Positions 11,818-24,313 of a DNA stretch of 64,000 bases are shown in pieces. Position 1 is the stretch's first letter; each line of letters opens with the position of its first letter. This DNA comes from Halocafeteria seosinensis (Eukaryota): NCBI GenBank assembly GCA_001687465.1, contig LVLI01000196.1:1-64000 (forward strand), read 5' to 3'. Below the pieces are notes generated by a model that was given only the letters and a program-made list of their open reading frames with translations, made no database searches and was not told the origin of the DNA. The position numbers and the translations under genes were made by a program.

Positions 11818-13298
11818 ATGATTGAAATGCGTATAACGGAGGAGGTGCTGCGACGTGCCGTGGCCAGCACCAGTGGAATCTCCCTGGTGGCTGCTATTCT
11901 GCTGATGGTGGCTGTATGGAGTCCTGGGAAAAAGTTCTGGCTCTACAACATCCGGGACGATGGGGTCATATTACTGCGCAACATGAGCGAAGACGAGGAC
12001 GACGAAGAGACTGGAAAACACCACCACCACCACCACCATCGTCATCATCATCAACAGACTCATGATGCAGGATACTATGACGATATTCATTCCCCACAAA
12101 ACATGAGAGGGGACCAAAACAGTGCCGCAAGTGCGTCCGGCATCACCCAGGACATGCTTGAATCGGAGAGTGTGACCGTGGAGTACGATAGTATGCCTCT
12201 GGACAAGAAAGCGCATTATTTACAGTGTGGATTCCAAGCGATACTGTTCTTTGTGGCATTGTCCGACGCCATGCTCTCCGTGGCATGGTTTACAGTAGTT
12301 TTGGGGAACGCAGCTGATTCGGATATGAGCTGCCAAACGCAAGCTTTCTTTATTCATTTCTTCGTGTTGGCATCGAGCTTTTACACGTTCTCAGTTGCGT
12401 GGGAGATACGCAGGATACTGTGCTTCGTTGAGGTAGAACTCTCCCAAAATGTTGGCGGTTCAAGGCATTTGTGGTACCACATTGCTACCCTAGTACTTTC
12501 TTTGGTGTTTGCAATTTCAGTTACTGCCTCAAGAGGTGAGTGAGTGTGTCTCCGTGTGCTATTGCTGGTTACTCCCAAGGTGGCCGAAAAACAAGAATCG
12601 CCGTGCAGGTCTGGGGACTTCGGGTGGACCCTGGTGTTGGCTAGATGCTCTTCATAATAAAACGGCCGATGCTTTTGCGTATCTCCCTCTTGCTGGTGTG
12701 CTCGTAGCGTTGATTTCTGTACACATAGATGTCCTGGTGAGTAATATGCTTGTTCTGGGATAAAATCTCGTGACAAGCTGTATGCCTATATTATTCCGAC
12801 AATGTACAGAGACGACTAAAAGCTTACTCTGACCAAAGCGCCGATGCTTCAGGAGATCGAAGATTTAGGATTCCGTGGAGAAGGCTTGCGAAGCTGTCCC
12901 TGTATCCACTGGTGTATTTTATTCTATGGTTCCCGACCATTGTGTACCGACTTGCAGGTGCCCGTGATCCCCAGCACGCGCCAGACGAACTTCACCTTGT
13001 CACGGCAGTGATTGCCCCATCACAAGCTACGCTCAACTTTCTCGTTTATACAACCGTAAACAGGAATGTGAGAAAACGCCTATGCGACAAACTTTGCTGC
13101 AGGAGGCGGAAAAGAACGATCAGGTACGGAAACCTGCCGTCCCCTCAAACCTCCGTCATCATGTCGCCACAAGGAACAAGCGTCAGTTCAATGAATTTAG
13201 CTCCAGGCCTGGTCAATGAGAGCAGCAATGGGAACATTGATTTCTCAATCTACGGGGATTCTAATGTCTTGGAAATGGACGACGACAACATCATGTGA
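11818..13298 (+). CDS. 7TM GPCR-like protein (cAMP-receptor/Git3-like); about 2 introns
   Basis: Motifs LFFVALSD, CQTQAFFIHFFVLASSFYT, GPWCWL, LYPLVYFILWFPTIVYR and SQATLNFLVY, with hydrophobic spacing typical of CAR-like receptors. Confidence 0.8.
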
Positions 13299-13479
13299 AT
13301 ATTACACGGGAATATCAAGCTGCGGCTAACTAGAACGATCACTGGAAAGAACTGTTATCCTGCGCATCTTAAGAACCCTGAGGCAAATGCATAGTGCAGC
13401 TTAATGCCAAACTCTCGTACTACATGGAACGGAAAAGTACATCCAACATCATGAGACCGAAGCGCGGCTCGATGGACCC

Positions 13480-13502
13480 GAGAGAGAGAGAGAGAGAGAG
13501 AG
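13480..13502. repeat. (GA)n microsatellite
   Basis: 23-nt perfect GA run. Confidence 0.95.
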
Positions 13503-14131
13503 TCACATGAAGCTTTGAAAAGCACATCAACAAAGTGGCTAAATGAATCAAAGGACGTGATAGCCTTCCAGATCTTGGTAAACTATTTTTCAGGTTTAGA
13601 CATTGCCGTGACAGGTCACAAGTCTGAGAGCTTGGTAACCACGGGTACGCGAGTGTCAGGAGTTACTAAGTCCTGCCAGTAAGATATCAACTGGTTTTTG
13701 TGTTGCCTTGATCGTCACTACTGGGAAACACCTAGCAATTTAGGAAAATGCTTGCGCGTCAAGTGGGCGATTCTCTTAAGACAGTCATTCTAGTAGAGCA
13801 ATCCCGCGATATAACGTGATGGTCAGTTCCCACGGTCACGCATTTTGGTGCCTACATACGGCCACATAGAGCAAAGTGGTATCGTCCGAATCCGACACTC
13901 AATCAAACGAAGCGTTTTGTCCTCATTGCCACGGCAAAAACGATGAAAAAAATGTAGCCATATACATGCTAACTGGGCTTTGAGGTTTCCACTCAAAATG
14001 CCACATACCGACGCTGAACTTCCTCAACTCCCCTCCACTGACGTTGCGTCTCCTCATTTTTCTAAGTTCTTCATTGTCTGACTAAGCTCCACAATCTTCA
14101 CTTCGGGAAATCAGAGTGACACTGCCACTAA

Positions 14132-17130
14132 TCAGAATTCCCCTTCACTGTCAGAGTCGCCTCCAGCTCCCAAACCAAGCGTTTGTCTTAATTTTGAACG
14201 CTCTTGTAACGTCTCGTCATCTTCTTGCTCTGGCTCAGAATCTGAGCCTGCTTCTCCCGTGAAATCATACGATCCACCGAAATCATCGAACATTTTATCC
14301 GCCGCTTCAGCATCAGTACGACTGCTCTTATTACTTGCAAGTTCCTCAGCTAGCCGCTCAGGTCCCCGTTTTCGACTGCTGCTGCCAGATGATTTTTTGG
14401 TAGATGACTTACGCTGATTATCTTCATTTGATGCTTCCCCTAGGGCCTCGTCAAGCTTTTCCAATGCCTGGTAATTCAGCTTCTTGCTAGTTTTCTTCAC
14501 CTCCGCAGCACTACTTGTAGCTTCCTTGCCAGATGCTGGTTCCTTATTTTGAGATTGCTGCTGATTCGACTTTCCTTTCTTTTGCTTGTTCCGCTGATTG
14601 CTCTTCGTCGGTGGATTCTCTAATTTTTGGCGCTGTTCTTCCAAATAGTCTGAATTCATTTTCACCCATATGTCCCTACGATGCTTCGCCTCCTCTTCGT
14701 CCACGATCACGTCCTGAATCTCCTCGTCATCTACATCGCTTAAAGTTTCACCCTGTTCATCATTCGTCGCTCCCTCGATATCGTAATCTGCGTTTGCCAA
14801 TTCAGTGACTTCACGCTGCGAGAGACTCTCAGCATGGATCGTCGGACCACCTAGTTGTCTGCCCTCATACCGCACAGGAATAAGAAGTCGCCGCTCCAAA
14901 GCATCCCTCTTAACATCTCTGTCTTCCTCATTTAAATTCCCTTCTTGGGTTGCATTGCGTTCTTGAGCAACAGATGCAAGCCGCTTAGCAATAGCAATGT
15001 AAACCGAATTTTTATCACTATCAGGGCGTAAGTCAAAGTTTGCCAGCTCGCTGCACACCACAGGTATGTCCATATCAGCGTCTAATAAATCAATGATGTT
15101 CTCCGCTTCCTCTTCAACATCTTCCTTAGACATCCATGCATCAGAACAGATGCTCTCCTCTGATTCAGCTTCTCGGAATAACCTGGGGTTGTCAAACACA
15201 CAGGCCATCTCCCAGATTCGCTCTTGTTCGCGCACACTCTCCTCGTCTTTCGGGTCAAATTCGCCATCAGGAAGCTCCATCAACAAGTTTTCCACTTCAG
15301 CAATGTCGTTTTCACCCACCTGTAACGAGCATTTTGCTGGACGCTGATGACCAACCATAGCACCCGAGCCCTCCAACTCCACAGAACGAACCAAATCGTC
15401 ATAGTCACTAAGCGACAGTTCTCCGGGTAAACACCCATGCTTAGAGAGAGACTCGTTTTCCATCTTTTCAAGATTTCGCCTACGTCTGGCCAGTCTATTC
15501 TTTCTCTCTTTCGACTGCCGTTGATTGGCATATGTTGCCTCAGGAGAATGAGCAGTTTTCGCGTAGGAAACTGGTTTTGCCCAGCTTGTATTCATTAATG
15601 CCGAGCTCATCACCTTATCCCGCAAGTTATCTGATATGGGCATATGCTGCACCGCCGTTTCCTGTGATACATCTTCGGAAGAATGCAGTTTCCGATTCTT
15701 TACGTCATCGTCAAGGAGCCCCTGGTGGTCCGCAACAGCGAAAAGCTCTTCATCACTCAGCATGTGGCTATTCTCGAGGGCCTGGCGCACGTGCGGATTC
15801 AGACTGCTCACGTCAACACTATCAACATCCAACAGATGCGATCGTTGGGCCAATTCGGTATCACTTAGGTTCATTCTTTGCTTAGCTTCTTCCTGAATTT
15901 GCATCTGTCTCTGTTCTGTAAGCCTCCCTCGAATAAACGAAGGCGGCATTGTTTCATCTTCATTAGATGTCAAGTAGCGATTCTCATCGCTGCTTTGCGC
16001 TATATCGCTCAGTCGGTCAAACTCCTGAGGGGTGAGCTGGGAGGAAGGTGTATTTCCAAACTCCGCAAGCCTATTTCTCAGCGTTATATCCGCTACCCTC
16101 AGCGTTTCCGTTACTTCTTGCCGGGTGGCGGGAAATCCGTGTACACGGGCTGCAATTAGCAAGCAAGCCGCGCAAATACCTTCCGGTCGACGGCCCGTTT
16201 GCATCCAGTCACGTCGCATTCGGGCTACCAATCTCAAAGCAGTCATGGCAACGGTGTGTTGTTTCTTGCCGAAGTTCAACTTCGAGGCAAACCTATGTAT
16301 GTACAAAGAAGGGTCTACAAGCGGTAGTTTAAGAGATAAAGCTCTAGTAAACTTAACAAAGCATGACCCTAAAGCGTATAAGTCCGTCTGTAACGCATCC
16401 GCAAAGTCGATAAGCATATGGGCACATTTTTCTCTGCGGCAAGCAATGTAGAGGCACGCTGCGACAACGTTTTGCAACCGACGACCCTGCAGTTTCCAAC
16501 GCGTTCAAAATGCTACGAGGGAACACATGGCGTACACACATTCTATAACCAAACTCACTTGGCTGAAGTTCTTCTGAAGAGCAATCATATACAATCGCTG
16601 GGCAGCCTCGACCAGGTGCTGTGACAGGAAAGTGGATAGACCCCGTAAACACATGTCCAGCCGTAGGCACATCTCCAAGGTCAACATACGTATGGTAACC
16701 GAAGTTGAGATGCGAGCCTCCTCAGAATTTTTTTTGCTTTTTCTATGGAGTCCTGTCCAAGTCACGCTTGAAGGATAAACCGAGGTTTTTGTTCGAGAAA
16801 CGTTAATCCAGACTTACTTCCCGAGATGCCCTCGAGGCGCTGTAACCGTCAGCTCTTGTCGTGCCGTACGGTTTATTACTTGTGGCCGAAACGAATCTTC
16901 CGACAATACTCCTGTATACGTGATACAGTCTCCATTATATTTGGCACACAATATCAAGCAACAAGCATTTGCGCTACTTACGAAGTGCCCCCGGCATTTT
17001 CTTCGAATTCGACCGATGACACAATAGCCCCTTGCTCCGTTACATTACCACAGTTTACACAAGTCGTGTTTCCTGTGGTATCATCCGATGCGAACTCTAA
17101 TCCACCACAAAGAGGACACGCATTCGACAT
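14132..17130 (-). CDS. BRF1: TFIIIB subunit Brf1 (TFIIB-related factor); 4 introns in the 5' part
   Basis: N-terminal Zn ribbon MSNACPLCGG...CVNCG. Cyclin folds with ACLYIACRRE, VDPSLYIHRFA and RDWMQTGRRPEGICAACL. C-terminal LSDVDDEEI...WVKMNSDYLEEQ and SKKLNY. Confidence 0.95.
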
Positions 17131-17483
17131 TTCCTGCAGCGGGTCTTCCTCGCTTCCTCTCCTTTTTTCGCCAATTAAGGACCACCTTCTTCACCTCCAA
17201 GATCAGCAATATATTTACACCTATGTATTGCTGCTATTGTGGGACTTGAAATATTCTAGGGTCCGTGTAAATGCAGAGAAAAGTGTGGAAATGAACCGAT
17301 AAAGGACTCTGGACTCCTCAACCAGGATTTTTAATGCAGACAAACTCCATCAACTACGACCAAAGAAGACTACTTCCTGTCTCCCGTAGTTGTAATGGCA
17401 ACAGGAGAACCCAACAGTGCATGTGGTTCCAACAAAGTCGCGTGAAACAAGCTATATAAGACTACGAAAGCACCAAGCCCCCG

Positions 17484-17497
17484 GAAGTTGAAGTTGG
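17484..17497 (+). promoter_or_regulatory. GAAGTTGAAGTTGG element in the BRF1/MCM7 divergent promoter
   Basis: Exact copy of the 14-mer at 11679 and 26003. Confidence 0.6.
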
Positions 17498-17595
17498 GAG
17501 AGAATCCAGCCAATGCAACACGGGGATTTTTTAAACGTCTCGTGCGGCAAATGCANTCTGAATTCGATCTTTGAATTTCGGTTGCTCAAACAACG

Positions 17596-17614
17596 AAAAA
17601 AAAAAAAAAAAAAA
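17596..17614. repeat. Poly(A) tract (19 nt)
   Basis: Seen directly in the BRF1/MCM7 intergenic region. Confidence 0.9.
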
Positions 17615-18214
17615 GTGAGAGGACAAGAATGAGCAAATGTTTAGCCAAGTTAATGCCTTTCAGCGAAAAACTTGATGAACTTGATATCATGGGCTGACGG
17701 AGTCTCAGTCTGCAGTAGCTGCCTCAGACTGAGGCCCCCAGTCTGCAGTATCAGCTCAAATTCTGCTGGAACATTATGTGAGAATCGAGCAGCAGTTCAC
17801 TTGAAGGAGTTGTGTGGAATCAGAACTGTGTCACTATGCATGATTGGTACGCAAACTCTGTCTTGGCGCAAGTTCCACACTGCTTGCAACTGGTTTCAAA
17901 CTTTGGAATTTTTTTTGCCTGATAGGATGCATATATTCCTCCTGCACTAATCAGTTCTCAACGAAAACATTTATTATTGCACCGTTTTTGAAGTTTTCAC
18001 TCTTAATGTTTTCAACTTGTGTCGCCGGTTGTAGGCAGCCAGCGCGCGCGCCGCGCTCTATTTGGTTTGAATACCAAGGCGTTCACAAGCTTTGCAATGC
18101 ATTGATTTGTCCCAAATAGTTGTCAATCTCCAACTCAGACACTGGTAGTAAGACCTCAAATACTGAGATAAGTATTGTATTAGTTGGTTGGCCTATTACA
18201 AGCAGAATTGCACC

Positions 18215-20864
18215 ATGGAGTACGGCCGTAAAGCCACAGGGTTCCCGGACTACGACGAGGACCAGCGTAAGTACCACCTCCCCCGGAGTGCCCCTTTGAA
18301 TCCCTTTTTGTAGTTTTGTTGACTTCAAATTGGTGTTTGAATTCACGACCATACTCATTCAATTACCCTGGAACTCTGCATACAGGTCGTCTGGAAGAGT
18401 TTCTTTGGGAATACAAACCTGAAGATGAGGAAGCGGAGGAATACGTGTATCGTCGAATGCTTGTAAGTGTTGTGACAATAGATGAGATGAGATGGCGTCC
18501 ACCAGCCGCAGATCTTGGCTGGTATATATCGCGTGTTTACCACATGTTGTATACATTTTGCCCTGAATCCACAGAGAGAAGTTAAGAAGCGAGAGCGCAC
18601 CCAGATCAGAATTAAAATGGACGATTTGCTCGACGTACGTCAAGATTTTTCACTTGACCAAAGTTTTTTGAATTACGGATGGTAATGCGGGTTACTCTCT
18701 TTTGCAGTACAATGGAGCAAAAGACCTCATCTCAAGAATACAAAGCAACACAAAGCGATATGTAGAGGTATTCTCGAAAGCTATTGACGCCCTCATGACG
18801 AAAGAACTCTCAGACCTTGCACCAGATCCTTCTCGCGAAGATAGTGTGGATGTCATAATGGCACAGCGTCAAAGATACACACGACAAGCTGTGGAAGAAC
18901 GAAATAATGCTGAAGTAAACGACGAAGATGTGTTAAAGCTCTTCCCTGCAAGGCTTCTGCGCCGATATGAGGTTTCGATCCTGCCAATCTCATCCGCCAA
19001 ACCCCAGCCTGTGAGACAAGTACGTGCTGAGGATATTGGACACCTGGTGAAAGTGAAAGGAATCTGCACTCGTGCGTCGGATGTCAAGCCGGTCATTTCT
19101 GTTGCAACGTACACATGTGACGAATGTGGATGGGAAAGCTATCAAGAAGTAAACAGTCGTCAATTCATGCCCCTTCTAACATGCCCCTCTCAGCAATGCG
19201 CCATGGCTGCAACACCGGGACAACTGCGCCCCCAAACTAGAGGTTCTAAATTTTTTAAATACCAGGAAGTACGAATTCAAGAACTCCCAGATCAGGTACC
19301 TGTGGGTCATATTCCGCGATCTTTGACTGTAGTGTGCCGCGGAGAAATGACACGACATGTTGGCCCTGGTGACATGGTAACCATCTCGGGCGTTTGGCAA
19401 CCAACCCCGTATACTGGCTTTCAAGCTATTAAAGCTGGGCTAATCGCAGACACCTATCTGGAGGCCCATGATGTAAGTCGCTAATATGCGTCGCCCGTTG
19501 CTTACGCTCCCGTTAACTGTAACGCTTCTTCCTCTCAGATTCATCATATGAAGAAGAACATGGAAGGCAGTATTGACGAAGAAGAAATCATGGAACAAGC
19601 CAACACGCTGATGACTGAACGCAACGATCGTGTGTACGAAGAACTTTCAAAGAGTCTGGCTCCGGAGATCTATGGTGCTGATGATGTCAAAAAGGCTTTG
19701 TTGCTCCAATTGGTCGGCGGTGTGACCCAAACCCAAAGTGACGGCATGCGTATCCGTGGAGATATAAACGTTTTGTTGGTAGGTGATCCAGGTGTTGCGA
19801 AGTCCCAGCTTTTAAAGCATATTTCTCGAGTAGCCCCTCGTTCGGTGTACACAACTGGAAGAGGATCCTCCGGAGTCGGGCTTACCGCGGCGGTGATGAA
19901 GGATCCCGTAACAGGAGAGCTTGCATTAGAAGGTGGTGCGTTGGTGCTTGCTGATATGGGTATCTGCTGCATTGACGAGTTTGATAAAATGGACGAGCAT
20001 GATCGTACCGCGATACATGAAGTTATGGAACAACAAACAGTTTCGATAGCAAAGGCGGGTATAACCACGACACTTAATGCTCGCACGGCGGTGTTAGCAG
20101 CTGCTAACCCCCTGTACGGGAGATTTAAACGTCTTGATAAGGACCCCCATGTAAATATTTTGCGCAACGTGAACGTGCCTGCCGCTCTTCTCTCACGATT
20201 CGATCTTATATTCTTGTTACGAGACGAAGCTGATTGGGCGAAGGACCGCGGATTAGCCCGCCATGTTACATACGTTCACCAACATGGAGAACACCCTCCA
20301 TTGGATTTTGATGCCGTCGAGCCGGAGGTTCTTAGATGTTATCTCGAGCAAGTTAAGCAAAACAATGTTCCCTACGTTCCTGAAGAATCCGCGCAATTCA
20401 TCGTTGATAAGTACGTCGATTTACGCTCAGAGGATGCCAAAGCAGGGAAGAAGTCGGACTCGCGAGGATCTCTAACACCCCGACAGCTTTTATCCATTCT
20501 GCGCATGGCTCAAGCACTTGCTCGTCTGCAATGCCACGAAGAGGTTGAAAAAGAGGATGTGGAGGAGGCAATCAGGTTAACGAACGTTAGCAAGCAAGCC
20601 TTACTCGAAGGCGGAAGAGAGTACGGTAGCAGCCGCAAGAAGAGCGGTGTAGACTCCCTTTGGGAAATTATTCGGAATAGGCTCGACCAAGCGACTCCTG
20701 ATGAAGAAGGTGTCAAGCGTATCAAGTATGCTGATGCTTGCCGCGATGCAGTCAAGAAGGGATTCAGTGAGGAACAATTCAAACAAGTTGTTTCTGATTA
20801 CGTCGAACTGCGCACTCTCGAAGTGAACCCAAGTTGGACCGTCATCAATAGCACCGATGCTTAA
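18215..20864 (+). CDS. MCM7: DNA replication licensing factor MCM7; about 4 introns
   Basis: Zn finger CDECG...CPSQQC, QELPDQVPVGHIPRS, AGLIADTYLEA, Walker A GDPGVAKSQ, IDEFDKM and the SRFD arginine finger. Confidence 0.95.
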
Positions 20865-20940
20865 AAATATACACTATTCACCGCATCAAGGAACACAAAA
20901 AACAGAGTTCAAACGGACGATGATCATATCACGTTCATCT

Positions 20941-22420
20941 TCAATGTTTTTTCTCACCAGTCATCTGCATTCCCACAACAGTCATTCAGTCGTACATGCT
21001 GGAACAAACTGTAGCCACGCAATCGAACTTACTTCAATCAATCTAGATATTGCTCGCTCTGCTGCAAACGAAATCTCACTCATTGCAGCGGATGTAGCAA
21101 TTTGAGACACACCATGGGCATCGACTTGTGATGACGAATTTCCCGTTTCCACGATTTCTCGAAGTATCTCTGGGGGAGGAGCCGCTGCTGACATACGCAA
21201 CGATATTTGGTACTCATATAATACATCAACCAATATCAAGAATCGTTTTGCTTCGTCGAACTGTTTCTTCGTAAGTACCGGTACATCACGAAGATACACG
21301 GTATTAAACCTCATAGCTAATGCTTCATAGTCGGCCGCCCCTAGCGGCTGTTCGCACATGTCAGAGAATGAAACACACGCGATCCCTTCGCACGGAGTTT
21401 GTACTGATAATGAACGACCCATTCTCACCGGCACTGTTACATGTTCTCCCCAAACTTTATCCAATGAACCCAGGCTTCTTTCGTTGTTTCGAAGCTCTTC
21501 CTTCAGACCCTTGTGTAGATCCTCAGTGGCACCCGAACTCAACGGGTAGAACAGGCAGTTCTCTGATGCCACTGCCCTTAAACGATAATCCTCTGATCCG
21601 TCTAGACGATACACTCTACACTGCTGTTCGAGTAATTCAACGAATGGAACAAAATATTCCCTATTTAGTCCGTTTTCATAAAGTTGCGAAGGATGCCGAT
21701 TCGATGTAGCGACCACAACTACCCCTTTGCTCCACATGGCTCGGAACAGGGTACTCATAATCATTGCATCGGCGATGTCCGTCACTTGGAACTCATCAAA
21801 ACAAAGTAGCGACGCTTCGCCAGCCAATGCTTCTCCAACCTGCAAAATCTATAACACCTCCGTTTTTAAGCAGCCATTCAATAAACTTGAGAGTAACGAC
21901 TTACCCTGAAGACGGGGTTCCCCTCTAGTGCTGTGTCCACGTGGGTATTTCTTCCTTTCTCCTTGAGGTCCTGTTGCTTTAGTGCAAAGATTCTCTGATG
22001 GGCATCTAGCATAAACTCATGGAAATGTGCCCGCCGTTTCCGCTGAATGTTTGTAGCATTATAAAACAAATCCATCAGCATCGACTTGCCGACTCCCACG
22101 CGCCCGTAAATGTACAATCCTCGGGGTACCAGAGGCTTTGTCTCAACGTCTTCTTCGCTACCTGCTTCCTGAGTTCTGACGTGGTGGATCTCAGAATCCT
22201 GGTGGTAGCGTTCTACAAGAGACGAGATCCTGCCTAACTTTCCCACCGCTCGGTGTTGTATAGTATTCCTCTCCAGTTCACCACGATCTACCAACTCTTG
22301 GTACTTGAGCATGAGGTCATCCTGGTCCAAGTTTGACGCCGACCCATGGAATGTCCTCGTCATTCCAGTCCACCATCCCTGATGCACAATGGTCGGTCGT
22401 CGCATCAGCCGCACCAACAT
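20941..22420 (-). CDS. AFG1: AFG1/LACE1 (ZapE-like) mitochondrial ATPase; 2 introns
   Basis: PRGLYIYGRVGVGKSMLMDLF, HFHEFM, LLCFDEFQVTDIADAM, TSNRHP and RAISRLIE. The spliced last exon is MTGEKKH*. Confidence 0.92.
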
Positions 22421-22884
22421 ATTTACACCACCGTCTCTTGACCAAGTGCGCAAGTGAGATCATACCCACAAAACACAGTACAGTGCATATATGGCCTATT
22501 AGATGGCCTGTGAACTGTCTTGCCTTGTGAAGCTGCGCAGCCTCAGTATTCTGTGACTGCTATTAAACAAGGGAATGAATGAGACTGTGGTACTTGACAA
22601 CCCTCATTGGCTGGCATACCTCCTATAGGCGACTAGTACTTTTGTATGGAGCGAAAGGCCCACAAGAAGCCGGAAGCCTCACCATCTTGAACTTCACATC
22701 GTTCCAACTGTTCTCCACTGGGATACATGATGCGTGTAAGTAGTCATTCAGGTGACCTTTTTTTTTTCACATTTTATTTATTTCACGGGTTTGCTTGTTT
22801 GTTGTCGCGGACTTTCAACACGGTAGCACCGGGTACTTGTTCTTGATTGGGGCATTCTACTGTGCTGTGTGCAAAGGCTGAACA

Positions 22885-24291
22885 ATGCCAGGTGCTGAAG
22901 ATGTAAGCAGACAAGATTGGAAATGTGAAATCTGTGGTAATGCATGTGTATTTGCGTTCGCAGTACTGGGCGACAATGCTGGCGAGTGCAACCAGTGGTA
23001 TGGTGGCACGAATCCCATTCCATCCTATTGATACCATTAAAGCTAAACTCCAAGTACGTCACAAGGATCTACATACCCTGTGGAAGGCTGTTGACTACAC
23101 ACGTATGATGCAGGTGGATCAAACCATTGGCGGGATGTCAAAGGACCCTCGACGAATCAAGAACATCGCTGATGGCGTACGCAAGATCTGGATGTAAGTA
23201 AACCCAGCTGCAACTTTGGACCAATCTCGAGAACGTTACCTAGACTTTTGCAGGAATGAAGGCTTACGTGGCTTCTACCGAGGAATTGGTGTCGCATTTT
23301 TCGGCTCTGGACCGGCGGCATGCTTATACTTCACATCTTACGAAGTATGTAGAAGTTCTAGTGACTATTACTATAGATACTCAATTGCTAGACCAGTCTA
23401 TTCTATGCTACAGATGAGCCGAGATTTTTTGACTCATAATTTTACATTTTTGAGCAGCTTTCCGTTCTTAGCGCATTTTACAGCAGGAATGTTTGCGGAG
23501 ACATTCAGGTATGATGCGCTGAAAAGGAAACCATTCTTGCGTATCACGAAGCACGCTTCCGTTTGCAGTTGTGTCTTGTGGGTTCCCATAGATGTGATTA
23601 AAGAAAGAATGCAGATTCAAGGCTACCAAGCCCAAGGTGAATCATGGGCAGGCTATTACCGGAACACTGTCGATGCTACAAGACAGATACTGAGGCATGA
23701 ATCCGTGAGAGGCATATACCGAGTAAGTACCGTTAGTTACCAAAGAACGAGCGCGTTCATCCGGAACACCTTAACCATGTGAACAACAGGGATATGGGGC
23801 TACTATTGCTTCATTTGGTCCTTTCTCCGCGCTGTATTTTCTGTTCTACGAGCAGTTCAAGAAGCGGTCCCGGCGGTTATACTCAGTCGACAATGACCAA
23901 GCGCTACCTTACTGGTGTCATCTTGCAAGGTGCGTTGAACAGAATTTCTCGTTTCTGCAGCTGTGGTCACAATTATGCCTTGAATTGCAGTGGTGCCTCG
24001 GCTGGAGCATGTGCATCATGGTTAACAAATCCTCTAGATCTTGCTAAACTTCGATTACAAGTACAAAGATCTGCCAAAGCAAGAGGGGAAGAAGGCTCTG
24101 CCCCTTTTAATTATCGGCATACAGCTCATGCTTTGCAAGAAATAGCGACGAGAGAGGGCGTTCGTGGCTTGTTTCGAGGTTCCGTGGCCAGAGTGCTCTT
24201 CCATACTCCCGCTACGGCAGTCACCGTTTCCCTGGTGGAGCAATTTAAGAAAGTGTACCTTTCCATGTTGAGCAATGACTCCGAATCATGA
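22885..24291 (+). CDS. Mitochondrial carrier family (SLC25) protein; intron-rich
   Basis: Three Px[D/E]xxK repeats (PIDTIKAKLQ, PIDVIKERMQ, PLDLAKLRLQ) and EGLRGFYRG-type motifs. Substrate not assignable. Confidence 0.93.
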
Positions 24292-24313
24292 GACCGATAT
24301 GCACTTTCAACTA

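Noticed and set aside
17556..17556. Ambiguous base N (another at 59015)
   Set aside because: Assembly ambiguity in non-coding sequence, not a biological feature.
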